Positions 24,001 to 27,402 of a stretch of 40,339 bases of DNA are shown in pieces. A program made the translations under genes and the position numbers. This DNA comes from Ignavibacteria bacterium (GTDB lineage Bacteria; Elusimicrobiota; Endomicrobiia; PHAN01): positions 1-40,339 of the forward strand of contig JBGFRZ010000010.1 in assembly GCA_041694835.1 (NCBI GenBank), written 5' to 3'. Under the pieces are notes generated by a model. That model worked only from the letters and a program-made list of their open reading frames with translations. It did no database searches and was not told where the DNA came from. Within the stretch, counting starts at the first letter, position 1; each line of letters starts with the position of its first letter.

Positions 24001-24671
24001 CCGATTTATGGATTCCCGTTCAACTTTCTGGAAATATCGTCCAAACCCCCGCTATAGATGAGGGTTTCAGTGTAGGTGTAAACTCTCTCTGGTGGGGGAC
24101 AAGAAACGGATTTGTTTACCGCCTGAACATCAATGACGGAACGATAGTGTCTTCTACACAAACAGCAGCGGCTGTATCAACGAACATAGAATACGACGCT
24201 GGTTTTCTCAACCAAAATCTAAATACCTTAAACGTTTATTTCGGAACACAAAACGGAGTATTATGCTCAAGATACGGTCTGACATTAAGCAGTGTGCCGT
24301 CGGGGTGGAGCGACCTAAATGTTTCAACCACAATAAACAAAATAGTTGTGAGCGTTGAAAGTGGCGTAAAATTCTTGTATCTGAGTTGTGATAATGGTTT
24401 GTATAAAGTAAATGCATCAAATGGCGGCATTGTATGGTTCTATAATACTGCGCCGGTAAAAGCGACGGCATATGTATGGAATGCTCCTTTTATTTATTTT
24501 GCGACACAGGACGGTTTTTTGTATTGTATTGACAGAGATACCAGAGCGCTAAAGTCTGGATATCCCGTTATTTTAAGCGGCCCTATAAGTTCAATGATTG
24601 CTTTGGATTTCTCCAATAATAGGGTTATAGTCGCAAGTGATGACGGAAAAATAAATGTGCTTCAGGAGTGA
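3..24671 (+). CDS. Giant modular surface/extracellular protein, 5'-partial (>8222 aa)
   Basis: The frame of ORF 159..24671 is open back to position 3 (SSEFVVAPSLNRSIAQSLYYWRV...), so the true start lies upstream of the window. It has ~38 ~115-aa modules (DTTPP-x-DNQxGDDxWR...YxVDF...W...NYVSVRxxD) and 14 ~100-aa FN3-like modules (LxxPxNG...FxW...ISTxxDF...YYWRV). FN3 domains lie at ~7413-8130, ~18763-19470 and ~21468-21820, and Trp-rich propeller-like domains at ~8150-9460 and ~19480-20790. Lamin-tail-like domains (VNEI...WVEL; INEF...FVELYN) lie at ~21830-22700 and a PQQ-like propeller at ~23600-24668. Confidence 0.93.
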   Translation, partial: SSEFVVAPSLNRSIAQSLYYWRVRARDNAGNFSLYPTPYTLIVDTTPPPAVNVLTSPLNGMATNQLTLNFTWSTVTDTPAGVRNYILQLSTASDFSVLSYSSYTIASSLNLSIAQSSYTWRVNVQDNALNYTTSTVRWTVVVDTTPPSAPSLTAPLDGAATNQTTLTFSWSSSDESGFRGGSGINGYEFYISTTSDFSVFTSSEFVVAPSLNRSIAQSLYYWRVRARDNAGNFSLYPTPYTLTIDTTPPSIVDNQPGDDVWRPMAGTLYNVDFHDTGYAQSRLYSIQYAVSTTPFLGAPLVINWTNIVTPPANLASFTDNWSVSFGPLLEVVTNYVSVRAMDFVGNTSTSTDIFYIRKDVSDPVVLDNQPGDDVWRRVAMPDGYNVDFQDDGGSLLNYAQWRAFKNLADGTKVYHTAWYNIFVSTNIALYTADWSVDFSTLTEGTNHIEVRVFDNAANPLTILTYPAPFYVRKDTTPPVCQDFQTGDDVWRTSNTGLYDVQFVDALSGSGIQKFEVIASTMADGNPPATPWTLVLTTNTHSYTVPWSLPASVWDALPSGPQRNFISCRAMDFAFNTSTVLTDAFYVMKDTVPPRIVDNQDGDAPWRRFGGTVYDVDFYDYESLLRGAQYISRNGPNPTDTPWGLGWVSIFGSTGTPSHTTDWSVDFTNLPEGANYIFVRSSDTAGLQSEPSVAVFYVRKDITTPAIVDNQDGDFAWRSTSGTLYGVFFQDAISGVTTAQYQIRDPSNAILVDWTSIFGGTTGFINYNSSWSISSVAFNSLSEGTTNFVYVRCNDNAGNSLTLGAAAFFILKDTTPPFCVVNQNYYESTHGDWFVDVDFFDPPTPGRVPGGSRLNYAQYKIHTLPNEGGETRKPWTNISGFTSGTTFYVDGWKIDFSALPIGTTCYASVRVVDLAGITSTWIDAFRVLRTTPTAPIITDNQPGDYGWYNSSATFLQQFYDVDFAVGQDAFLSTMSVIVRSGILGAGVLVVGETIVISTANVAAFTANWRVIPSTFSPDHYIWDLLREGTNYVTVRAYDTLGSSSSLTDVFFVRKDTTSPPVPVLSSPLNNSATNQLSVNFSWNPSVDLTSGTSFYTLQISTDINFGAIYYSTQSRVTSHQSPTLPQSTYYWRVNAIDNASNYSLYPTPYTLIVDTTPPTVSNPTLPANGTITNSNSINFQWTSATDAFSGLKHYTLQISTDINFGAIYYSTRSPSTSHQPPVLPQSTYYWRIRTEDNAGNYQLSTITYTLLIDTTPPSVPILTSPVNEQATNQMNLTFNWSTSDDTGFRGGSGINGYEFYISTTSDFSVFISSEFVVTPSLNRSIAQSLYYWRVRSLDNAFNYSLYPTPYTLIVDTSAPRIIDLQLGDDQWRNNPGTTYNVDFEDTLSRLHTLQYTVFSTADQTGQPIIGWTNIAANINAETFITDWTIDFAALPENTTCHVSVRAWDNLLQYTTSFNVFYALRDVTRPIITDNQPGDDVWRRANTGLYNVLFDDDGGARLRNFQTRVMSGALGSGATIQDWTVSDTIISGATFFNIPWPLNSTTWSLMPEGKSHISVRLLDNSWSPTLGYNTDSLTDAFYVLKDTTVPTIVNNQSGDVAWRNSNYATYNVDFMDAVSGSGIQKFEVLASTMADGNPPVTPWTVVLTTNTHSYTSDWTLPQSVWDALLTDATNYISIRVFDFAGNVSTMTNAFFVLKDALAPFVNNLQDGDNIWRRLNDGVYNLDFFDTGGSRLNKFQIRASTIGYGFLPFVFDWSDSGTTISGTTFYTDNWSLLTAHWSLLPSGTNYISVRAFDFAGSTFTVTVGFYVLKDTEPPTGLANAPSHSSTTTFNVPYSAQDFGFSGINFVKLYYTLQTVSPFTWTHYITTTTNPISFTAPQEGTHGFRIVAYDRAGNTDEADPPPSATPPESSTLLDITPPTVNDQQAGDDVWRNFAKPDGYAVYFNDTGSGLDTAQYIIRETADPASPTLKGWTTIFSSASQNITSYNEKWQIDFDACKSSWSYVSARVWDIVGRTTTVNNVFWVKKDIAPAVISHNEFAEGGDNTWRNVARAGGYDVDFFDGLSELSRAEYAVHSSSVVGGLIPPYIVDWTDIATAISSTNYTTNWSVSFTPLLEAATNFVHVRLTDIAENVSTYYAFYILKDTTTPTVANNEVGQDPVWRAASRNYDIDFFDYKSRLDAIQYRAFISTGGLNPITTYWQDIVPAPLASSEYTANFTLNFELLQNGTNYIAVRSRDIAGNTTTQFDLFRVLRDNVPPTIVDNQPGDDVWRASNVATYDVDFVDTLSGVTTAQYRIYPSPSMGGTPLTAWTTIYLGTAVSTYSTNWQLAPADWAAIPEGVSYVSVRCFDLVGNTSTHVDAFYVRKDTTTPTIVDNEPDDETWYNSGRNYDVDFHDYSSLLNNAEYSAFAGGYQTGGVVIPWTALFNNLNSSSYVSDWPVNFGALNQGYNYISVRAYDNVGNVRTADVFYVKKDTAPPSQITNLNATTGNNEGEINLSWTAPSAPSPGSGTSRYIVKFATFVITESNFDADANVRTFSQTWNPSAAGTTENKVITGLSQGRWYYIAVKTGDTAGNVSVLALSNQTQSKTDTFLPGTITNLLASPGDYMGQVNLSWSAPGDNGNIGNLTGTYIEGDSYAGWYRLRHWENINPGSNFDTGGYVEINNPFSPAPVGSIENFTLGGLNHSSTYFFIVRTFDKASNFSTSNSTSSMPSPPGAAKGHILWGSETSNVPRGALWEPPSWGAAGTLPTVTFPTGHRFEFVRVAACQTLRNEKLTLFKTGDGDATLEALGNVYLQRWTGTTWEYIDRLNTTVNNMRDTVRDCDLAYEQTSGRCLIAYNNGTAGQLTYRVWSSTAGTWSIGPTNLILTGVTGAVNWVRLEPRPNSNQIMLATLDANSDIFCALWDGDTNSFLSMSTYVPTVSAAIATRECFDLAWETQNERCMLLWGEGTATRYSLWSSTANRWVVQNGPGSPNIAATANWLSLAADPRSNSNYIGMTSIDGSLDWNVSIWSGTSWGALPAEDPTMETNASRPTDIAWEKDSGRCIIVAGDLDAREISFIGWSEVLGWHNPITGAATTPSVAPKTPTGTLGLLGDINWLGLVADPNQNKMICYIIDQAADLTTINWTGAGWSGKKIHELTVAIATRECASLALDRHDIVPPTYTDNQPGDDTWRVSNTGSYNVSFNDTGGSYLRNFQIRATTGTALTSPVILDWTNNLTFPAQTNSYTTPWALTSVVWDNLRDGLNYVHIRVFDGVGNTATGENVFYVRKDTTPPTIPILSAPLDGATTNQTIINFSWSSSSDLTSGVNGYEFYISTTSDFSVFTSSEFVVTPSLNRSIAQSLYYWRVRTRDNAGNFSTWSSTRSVLIDTVIPRIVNNVSGDFIWRNSSGTPYDVRFYDELSRLATAYYRVWTSTGQMGTRLVDWTNINSLLINATYYETNWSIPASSWALLQNGTNFVTVRVDDLAGNTSTWVDAFFIRKDELSPPVPSLTAPLDGAATNQTTLTFSWSAVSDENSGVGGYEFYISTTSNFSVFTSSEFVVTPSLNRSIAQSLYYWRVRARDNAGNFSLYPTPYTLIVDTAPPTIPSLISPSSGTVTNIQQPAFDWTDSTDTSGISNYEFQISTDVNFAVLTDQSLPATSYFLPSTFYPSTLYYWRVRAQDVAVNFSTFTSIFTLIVDTATPRIMNYESGGDLVWRNMIKPGGYNIDFDDIGLAKINNIQYKVHTLPSEGGSILVTWETIRSTFPPYTTLFAPPLNLLSWTTDFGVNYDLLQNGTNYVSMRVSDLAGNTSTWVDVFRILRDIIPPTVNDMQTGDFAWRSSSGTTYAVYFNDTGDSLLSKFQISVSTNPYPLSPIPSVFDWTDRITGINAPSYTTPWPLSAAQFATLPDGASSYVSVRCFDLAGNTTTFSDAFFILKDTVAPFCVNNETTDRGWLTSNPGAIWDIDFYDPLSAFTPGGSKLNNIFYRAKSSTGGIIIDWNAIATSQNTTFYITNFSVNYDGLYDGINYVDVLANDFAGNATTYINAFTVKKDTTSPRIEVAFDTTTVNWVNTSQVYDINFYKRGATDLHTIQYTVWTGPNRTGTNKIPGDGTWSNIGTPPLNVSEYTTDWPVVFADLTNGGTNFVSVRCWNVAGATSTIIDTFRIFKDVTNPSIIDNVPGDDTIWRSSNVAAYNVDFFDSPGPPQTGSLLSKFQLKITSGTNQTGLLYQDWTDEKLNIASTFYVIDWPLNWSAWLNLREGRNYISAKAFDNASNVYELSDIFFVLKDTTSPTINDQQTGDDNWRRLNISSYSVYFADTGGSRLSRFEISASTTPYPLSPTPLIGWTTVQSGINVETFVSSWSLPSSVWAALQSWTTNYIFVRVFDNSVPGNSSTTANSVFYVLKDTVPPRIIDNETIDRGWFASNPGAIWDIDFEDRLPEHCSKLETAQWTAFTSPNQSGSQVVGWTNIFTNLGTTNWTTNWDLGLTTWTLLASGTNFICVRVWDIAGSTETLSDVFIVKKDTFGPTIIDNQPGYDTWLAADPGSIWNVDFKDELSKLASAYYRISTQPNLTGTILTPWTTIFATYGSQLTTYDSNWPLAPNHWTLLPEGTSYITVTAYDNLNNQTTFFDVFHIRKDTTTPYCVDNQPNIFADTQDDLSNIDIDFYDRGGSKINYVRYTVRPSAGLPPEFIINWKNIPGIADGLNTTYYITNWSITEAWPSLPNNATSYVSVRVVDFAEHTTTFVDAFLVYKSAIGPTITDNVNEALLPYYNTLVNAYFDVDFQSNSGANLTYFEIKVTTGPSETGATITDWYKVADINAITYTTDWQIAESTFNAMWQGLNYVHVKVRDAVPTQAQLNNVFYIKKDTAPPLIDDFQADATFYARTAGTKYNVDFRDLGIGVATGQYLVSYSSTNILGTVLISWTTIFALSPQSSYTTDWEVDFAALQEWCTNYVSVRCYDGFGYLTTSYAVFSVWKDTTAPTVPSLTLPSENALLSAQLVNFNWSASADTRSGVDNYTLQISTLADFGLINQTTTTTQLNWSATLTDGRYWWRVRAKDIAGNLSVFSSTRTFLIDTSSPTIVDNQPGYELWLSSDPGSIWDVDFKDIGSGLTTAEYRICSQPGNTAVLINWTTIYAGVAISSYTTNWSLATGHWSLLPQGTSYISVRCFDMVGLSTTSADVFYIRKDTSPPTISGVDSVGNTDTTWRNASKPGGYDLNFHDPHSLLRDAWYCVSTNTLATPPLVISWTAIFTEQNTADFLTNWSPSFALLLEGVTNYVSVRVQDNLLQTATYYDRFFILKDVTKPTISNNMGAGSDSVWRNTTPGAIYDVDFRDAGGSRLSKFLTKAMTGTLITGTTVYDWTDNTDLSSQNTTFYLTNWSLNFDALREGRNYISVRTSDTAGNFETLTDAFFVQKDTTTPTLIKNPTWDENRWYAEPPTVDVDFTDAISGSGVSGFDVRTTTQSSASPTAWQTAWVTVVTTNTHSYTPNWPVPQSVFDAMIHGTTNYCWVRAYDFAANTTTPGAYTFIVKKDTAGVSIVDGEVIGQDIVWRNNPSERAYNIDFFALGESKLQSAEYTAWTGPNWTGSQKFTWTTIPGFVPGITQYTADWQIGSTEFTQLLDGSTNYISVRCWNTAGTTVTLADVFFVKKDTTPPSIPMLSSPLNASATNQLNVNFAWLASGDLASGTSSYTLQISTHSDFSFVHYSTITPYTFHLSPALSQTTHYWRVLALDNAGNFSLYPTPYTLIIDTTPPSAPSLVGPINGFATNYVTISFDWTTVVDSGPAGLSHYKIDISSVAGFMPLWYSSSVVSNSLTYLLTNSLTYYWRVASVDRANNFSIYQSTYSLIVDTISPSMPILSTPIDNYATNQMMLTFTWSGVDIGPAGIKEYELQISTDQNFTMLNYSSTTTSQSLNLLISQSLYWWRVISQDRAGNLSLYSSTRTFVVDISSPPATSLLSPANDTRTNSTSITFQWSAVSDIGPAGLKNYELQISTDQNFTMLNYSSTTTSQSLNLLISQSLYWWRVKTIDRAGNYRISTSSEITVDVTLPSVKDNQLGDDVWRAVGTTSYDIDFFDTPSVNGAGLGYAQYIVYPSTNPDGTASGTALTSWQTIFNWSLPTRTTYYTDNWGLSPVWGSLQQGYNFVFVRAYDMATNTTDYTTFVFYVKKDTAPPTIINNEPSIPPWESSPRSHNVDFQDTGSGVKVSSYTAWTQPNNTGTNVVSWTTIFDTSPAVGLWSDDWLLNFGLLSPGTNYISVRSADALGNVANSTDTFRVLKDTIPPANITNLTSAQASTAGSVQLQWTAPSDDTICDPGNIRLKYYLLKYKTSPFTTTSDFLSTGTTFYLPFLPAPPGTTETGTVTGLIEGTTYWIGILPQDKANNYSVAVSTTANWATRVPPARITTLIGTAPEELNPGEVHLTWLAVGDDGTTGTASGYELKYATYAFTEAAWGTVSTFAQSWIPVSAGITETKTLSMPAVGTTYYFAIKAYDDASPPANYSVMSNTVSVQSRPTGPADGILTFVYQTAAAPKYRTVSAAGAGFGSTLDAQSSVGTIRWTILRSCPFVRDEKILGLQSGGGTEPDGRLYLQRWDGQTGTWGSMGSITPATQLNSTKYDSRYRAFDIAYEQTSGRAMVVFFNGVASQVVYHIWSSTAQAWSVYGSTITLGVTGTIRWVRLEPQMGSDRIMLTCLDSTNNDLYSICWNGSSWVDGNVNTAATAVNAFQCFDVAWELTSGRCIVLWGEGTATQYKIYTPGTGWGGATAGPNPAATVNWIKLASDRLSGSNRIGASILDASAAPNDWWVSIWNGSTWGSTSEISASMDAATQRLVDIAWEKDTGKCLVVGVLSAAPAQSLSYARWSAATGAWNDPALTTLSGAENNLGNSVDLRWLQLVPDPNSNKMIVIGINANTANNASVRTQNWSGTAWSAVTAHTALAPSGTYECAFLTLDRHDTIAPTFANNQSGDDTWRNTNSGFYNVDFFDTGGSRLSVVQARLATGAGGAGVYRDYTNELVALNTDSYTADWQLTSATWNELCRGRSFISLRVFDGVGNNVTLPDAFWVQKDTEPPTMVNNMIGQLTTWYNVAPTGFDIDFFEQTGLSLLTTGQYFVNTMLNQSGVVISTGVVFPFTSGRVSFTDNWNLEDGHWELLLSATNYVTVRTFDVAGNTTTLVDAFRILKDTAPPSAITNLTALAGTFRGSVDLRWTAPSDVESGVGVYVIKYATYPINSVALFDTATTWPNPLIPQPSGTEEFITLTGLDVHTTYYFCIRSRDRVPSPPNPSFNWSPISNSPFTRPRRENVFVNEIFAQGAGSWVELFSNLPSSQTLNNWRIIYNLGSIDAPGSESTVWTGASASSITSGGHFVVTGLNLSGANSYHLKLLNENNSLVDIVQWPVLSAGQSLARISDGNETFFEVDPTPTQGYANNVSSDVKINEFNYASSDEFVELYNNSPSTVTLTNWFIRNSNNSTFKFTRKIFPYSFTIVDFSSVDNDGGSYLSRFGVNGLGDDSDFITLENPSGQVVDRVTWQSGTTYRYRNYKARLVAFNTPAQGGLLPPSVLARIQDGADTDMDNADFSSVASASYGRRNTTPVALPENQIVYPSSGTVLPRRFKFEIRLGTNSALGFNDTLWFIRTAGSPDNRSPHIYRLSDFGINLSTLTTQTTVQVGLNWIDIDGNTLVDGSVYRIILNTDNDISAAPQIIVSSVTYDSAIHSVSAGNITNKYANDGALLGSIRVSLRNNSTYTGSDIKLSTISVKFTDAGDSPLTSLQARNLFDSVRLVYDKHNDGNYFSGIDDDIITVVNKDAISLVDGVQDIAIASILSVSPQGSATYFFVVQLSTWASQQGTFKVKIVPGTGTLWEAIPSNVLQPHIVGIEVAASTPAIISPVKSPAGTSWPYSLGVETRVNSIQRWWADGSVFVSREDGYITVLNADGTLNSSFQAAGPVISSIFSDDWTGEAGFLYFGTKSGQIYKNSRSNIGVNTWLRNLGDQITSEILAYYFVPPAKIYAGSFDGRVFKISTGTGADLWIPVQLSGNIVQTPAIDEGFSVGVNSLWWGTRNGFVYRLNINDGTIVSSTQTAAAVSTNIEYDAGFLNQNLNTLNVYFGTQNGVLCSRYGLTLSSVPSGWSDLNVSTTINKIVVSVESGVKFLYLSCDNGLYKVNASNGGIVWFYNTAPVKATAYVWNAPFIYFATQDGFLYCIDRDTRALKSGYPVILSGPISSMIALDFSNNRVIVASDDGKINVLQE
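1565..1588 (-). repeat. GTAG-type REP-like hairpin inside the giant CDS (second copy at 4895-4918)
   Basis: Plus strand reads GGCGGAT-GGCA-ATCCGCC-CGCTAC, translated within MADGNPPAT. Confidence 0.65.
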
Positions 24672-24690
24672 TACATTAGAGGATAGAGAG

Positions 24691-27402
24691 ATGAAAGGAC
24701 AGAGGACAGAGTGGCAGAGCACAAGTGCACAAGAGCACAAGGGCACAAGAACACAAGTCAGGGCAGCAGAGCAGCGGTGGCTCGTGGCTCGTTTCCTCCA
24801 GTCACCAGCCACCATCCACTATTCGCTATTCTCTCATCTCTCATCTCTCTCCTCTATCCGCTATTCGCTTCCCGCTTTCCATTTTTCCCTGTCTACTATC
24901 TACTTATTTCTTATTTCTTATTTCTTATTTCTTGCTTCTTTTTTATACGGCGCTTCCTGGCCGATGTTTAGAAATAACATCCAGAGGAGTGGAGGTATTC
25001 AAGAGGTGGCAACCCCGGCATCATCACCCCAGGGATGGTTTTTCGAATTGCAGGGCGGGCTCATCGGCTCTCCTGTGGTCAAAGACGATATTGTTTATTT
25101 TGGTGCAAGGGATGGTTCAGCATGGTCACTTGATGCGTTAAGTGGCGAGGTTATCTGGCAATACTCGACATCAGGATTTGCCGATTCAACTCCCGCCATC
25201 TGGCAGGATCGTCTTTATATAGTGTCTCGCGATGGAAAGATTTATTGTTTTAAGCGAAAGTATCTTACAGGCGAAGACGGACTTCCTTTATGGAGTTTTG
25301 ACACGCAAAGCACCGCGGCTTCATCACCTCTTGTTGTTGACGGGAAAGTTATTGTTTTATCCGGACCAAAACTCGACGGTCGCCCTGAGGGGTATCTTTA
25401 CATAATAGATGCCCTGACGGGAATACTCATTAAAAAAGAGCAGTTGAGTATGTTTAGTTACGGCTCGGCTGCTTTTGAAAATAATAGAATATATTTTGCT
25501 CTAAACGATGGCACTATAGCATGCTATGACATAGTTCAAAACAAATTTGTCTGGTCGGAAAAACTTTTAAGCAGCATGAATTACTCGGCTCTTGCTTTAG
25601 CGGGTGGAGTGCTGTACTGTTATTCCGGCGATATGGATAGAAAACTTTACGCAATGAACTCTCAGTCGGGATTTGTGGTCTGGGTGTCATCGCAGTTAAG
25701 CAGAGTTGCCACAGACAACACATCGGTTTCTGTTCACGACAACAGGGTTTTGGTAAATATTTATCCGTCAGATGTTTGGGAAGTTAGTTGGGGTGTGGTG
25801 AGGTCAAGTCAGAGTGTGCTCTGTTTCAACCTTTCAGGCGGGCTTTTGTGGAGAAAGGACTTCTTTGTGGAGGGCTCTCCCAAGGATTCTTACGGTGTGG
25901 CTTCATCACCTGGCGTTATTGGAGACATCGCTTATGTTGGCACAAATAGCGGCAACTTGTTCGCATTAAGTATGAGTTCAGGGGCGGTTCTTGCTCAATA
26001 TGGATTCAATTCGCCTGTTGTCTGCTCGCCGGCTATTTCAAACGGATGGCTCTATTTTGGCACTGTCGATGGAAAATTTTATGGAATAAAATCTGATAAG
26101 ATACTTTCTATAAAGGCGCCAGATGCGGGAGATGTGGTCATTAACTATACCCCGGTTACTGTTGTTTCGTCAAAATTTGAAAACGAGGGCTATGTTCTCG
26201 AATATTCCGCTAACGAAACAAACTGGGCAATAGTTTCAAGCGGAACGATTGTTTCCGGAACGACGACAATGTTTGATTGGAATACGGCAGCCCTTATGGA
26301 TGGCACATACACCATAAAACAAACTCTGATAAATAAACAAGAAAATTTTGCGGCGAATAAAATAATAATAGATAATTCACCGCTTCCCCCGACAGCTCTT
26401 ACAGCATTAATCTCGCAGGAAAATAGAGTTACTCTCGGATGGATGAAATCGCTTGATGACGGTGGCGGAAACAATGACGTTGTTTCTTATGAAATTTATA
26501 AATCGACTACCGCTGATATTTTTCAGGATTTCATAACCGTAAGCCGCGGGACTGTTGAATATATAGATACTATAACAAATGAAAGCACCTATTACTATAG
26601 GATTATGGCAGTAGATAAACGTTCAAAATCATTGCCCAGCGGAGCTATTAGTATATATGCCGGCAGCTCAGGTTTACAATCATCTATAAGCGCCACAGTT
26701 ACCCCTGAAGCCGGTGGAACTGTAAGACTTGAGTCGGGCGGGAAAGTCGCCGAAGTGGTTTTTTATGCTGGAAGCGTAGATGAAACGGTTACCGCCACTA
26801 TATCTGTGCCGCTAGAATACGACAAAACTGTGCCACCAGATGCCAGAGGGACAAATCTGGTTTATGAAATAAAACTTTCCAAGAAAGTAGAACTTAAAAA
26901 ACCCGCGGATATAAAAATTAAGTATACAGACGCCGACATAGCCGGATTGAGCAAAGAAAAACTCAGACTTTACTGGTATGATGAAGAAAAGAAAAAATGG
27001 CTTATGGTAGATTCGTCGAATCCCGTCCCCCAGGCTCATGTTGTCGAGGCGAAATTGTGGAGATTTGGTCTTTTTAGGATTATGGAGTTCAGCCCTTCTT
27101 TCGACGACATTTTGAAAGACGAACACGTCTATACTTTTCCGTCGCCGGCCAGAGGCGAACAGGTGAATTTTAAGTTTTTGATTTACACTCCAGCGGTATT
27201 GAAAATAAGCGTATATAGTATAGCCGGGGAGATAATATGGGAGAGTAATGAATATGATTTTAAACAGAAAGACATCGGGAAGGTCCAGGTGATACCGTGG
27301 AGTATAAGAAATATCGCGACGGGGATGTATCTTTATAAGTTTGAAGCAAGAAGCGGTGACAGGATAAAACGGGCACTCAAAAAGATGGCGATAATACATT
27401 GA
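24691..27402 (+). CDS. PQQ-like beta-propeller protein with FN3 domain and C-terminal T9SS type-A sorting-like domain
   Basis: WPMFR start of the mature part, then SPVV...VYFG.DG / W...SSP PQQ-repeat motifs and an FN3-like 'PTALTA...VTLGW...YYYRI' segment. The C-terminus 'VYTFPSP...ISVYSIAGE...W...ATGMYLY...KKMAIIH' resembles a CTD. ATG 24691 (AGGA upstream) is preferred over GTG 24655. Confidence 0.85.
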   Translation: MKGQRTEWQSTSAQEHKGTRTQVRAAEQRWLVARFLQSPATIHYSLFSHLSSLSSIRYSLPAFHFSLSTIYLFLISYFLFLASFLYGASWPMFRNNIQRSGGIQEVATPASSPQGWFFELQGGLIGSPVVKDDIVYFGARDGSAWSLDALSGEVIWQYSTSGFADSTPAIWQDRLYIVSRDGKIYCFKRKYLTGEDGLPLWSFDTQSTAASSPLVVDGKVIVLSGPKLDGRPEGYLYIIDALTGILIKKEQLSMFSYGSAAFENNRIYFALNDGTIACYDIVQNKFVWSEKLLSSMNYSALALAGGVLYCYSGDMDRKLYAMNSQSGFVVWVSSQLSRVATDNTSVSVHDNRVLVNIYPSDVWEVSWGVVRSSQSVLCFNLSGGLLWRKDFFVEGSPKDSYGVASSPGVIGDIAYVGTNSGNLFALSMSSGAVLAQYGFNSPVVCSPAISNGWLYFGTVDGKFYGIKSDKILSIKAPDAGDVVINYTPVTVVSSKFENEGYVLEYSANETNWAIVSSGTIVSGTTTMFDWNTAALMDGTYTIKQTLINKQENFAANKIIIDNSPLPPTALTALISQENRVTLGWMKSLDDGGGNNDVVSYEIYKSTTADIFQDFITVSRGTVEYIDTITNESTYYYRIMAVDKRSKSLPSGAISIYAGSSGLQSSISATVTPEAGGTVRLESGGKVAEVVFYAGSVDETVTATISVPLEYDKTVPPDARGTNLVYEIKLSKKVELKKPADIKIKYTDADIAGLSKEKLRLYWYDEEKKKWLMVDSSNPVPQAHVVEAKLWRFGLFRIMEFSPSFDDILKDEHVYTFPSPARGEQVNFKFLIYTPAVLKISVYSIAGEIIWESNEYDFKQKDIGKVQVIPWSIRNIATGMYLYKFEARSGDRIKRALKKMAIIH
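24716..24869 (+). repeat. Composite tandem-array repeat, copy 1
   Basis: GCACAAG(N) units, a core, then CAGTCAC/CAGCCAC, CTATTCG and CTCTCAT units. Nearly identical to the reverse complement of 33947-34144. Confidence 0.9.
24903..24930 (+). repeat. Perfect (CTTATTT)x4 in the signal-peptide-coding region
   Basis: Read directly; encodes part of LFLISYFLFL. Confidence 0.92.

Noticed and set aside
712-24471. Many short alternative-frame and antisense ORFs within the giant gene
   Set aside because: They have no recognisable motifs and are fully nested in a long coherent CDS, as expected for shadow ORFs.
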